Below, piece by piece: positions 63,504 to 64,000 of a stretch of 64,000 bases of DNA. The notes under the pieces are model-generated. The model was not told the origin of the DNA. It searched no databases and worked only from the letters and a program-made list of their open reading frames with translations. Source of the stretch: a bacterium (GTDB taxonomy: Bacteria > Hinthialibacterota > Hinthialibacteria > Hinthialibacterales > Hinthialibacteraceae); assembly GCA_963663405.2 (NCBI GenBank), contig CAXXSM010000070.1, positions 47,923 through 111,922 of the forward strand, read 5' to 3'. Position 1 is the stretch's first letter. Each line of letters starts with the position of its first letter. The position numbers and the translations under genes are program-made.

Positions 63504-64000
63504 ATGTCACGAGTTGGACGGCAACCCATAAGTATTCCATCCGGAGTGGATATATCCATTAAGGACCAGCACATTGCGGTGAAAGGCCCGAAGGGGAAAA
63601 TGGACTGGGAAGTTCCCGATCCAATCACGATCCGGCAGGATGCGAGTGAATTGATTGTGGAACGGCCCGATGATTCCCGCCAAAACCGCGCCCTTCACGG
63701 AACCGCGCGCGCCCTCATCAGTAACATGGTGACTGGCGTATCGAAAGGATTCGAGCGGAAACTGGAGATCAATGGCGTGGGGTACCGGGCGTCAGCGCAG
63801 GGGAACACCCTGAACCTGGAATTGGGCTATTCTCACCCCATTAAGTATGACCCCCCCAAAGGGATCGATGTGACGGTGGAAAAAAACGTGGAGATCACGT
63901 TAAGCGGGATCGACAAACAGGTCCTGGGGGAAGTGGCGGCGAAAATCCGTTCGTTCCGGCCCCCTGAACCTTACAAGGGTAAGGGTGTTAAGTATGCGGA
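63504..64000 (+). CDS. rplF: 50S ribosomal protein L6 (partial, runs off the window)
   Basis: Hand translation: MSRVGRQPISIP...KGPKG...GVGYRA...LGYSHP...RPPEPYKGKGVKY. Confidence 0.97.
   Translation, partial: MSRVGRQPISIPSGVDISIKDQHIAVKGPKGKMDWEVPDPITIRQDASELIVERPDDSRQNRALHGTARALISNMVTGVSKGFERKLEINGVGYRASAQGNTLNLELGYSHPIKYDPPKGIDVTVEKNVEITLSGIDKQVLGEVAAKIRSFRPPEPYKGKGVKYA

Overview
Chromosomal window of a diderm (Gram-negative-type) bacterium. The lineage cannot be fixed without a search; the PTPTP-linked dockerin-like and multi-CBM secreted proteins suggest an uncultured Hinthialibacterota(OLB16)/Sumerlaeota-like lineage, which is a guess. 1-9.9 kb is an exopolysaccharide/glycan locus: phosphoglycosyl transferase (missed by the ORF track), wzc, wza, lhgO-like, UDP-GlcNAc 4,6-dehydratase and GT4. 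9.9-41.5 kb is a mixed accessory region: DUF5916-like OM protein, threonine aldolase, a multi-CBM secreted protein, a degenerate hybrid kinase, radical SAM, a dockerin-like protein, a Phd/RelE-ParE TA pair, GH20, a Cys-less TlpA-like protein, Maf, a GAF protein, LOG, NeuB-like, rlmD, maltose MFS + GH13, and a ~1370-aa mucin-like surface protein. 42.5-64 kb holds rpoB-rpoC and the str, S10 and spc ribosomal operons up to a partial rplF. Several genes are split by single-base homopolymer indels that look like sequencing errors. Most notable unannotated signals: (1) a sigma28-type promoter driving a leader with several CsrA-type GGA hairpins (flagellin-like architecture) in front of a 34-codon ORF and a pseudokinase, with no flagellin gene; (2) a dispersed palindromic ATGAAAATGAGT...ACTCATTTT element sitting in tandem pairs inside the ribosomal-protein operon; (3) rpoB uncoupled from rplKAJL, with a consensus promoter and ~375-nt structured leader; (4) a ~450-aa trigger-loop insertion in RpoC; (5) KDLSSVRY in place of KDLPGVRY in S12.
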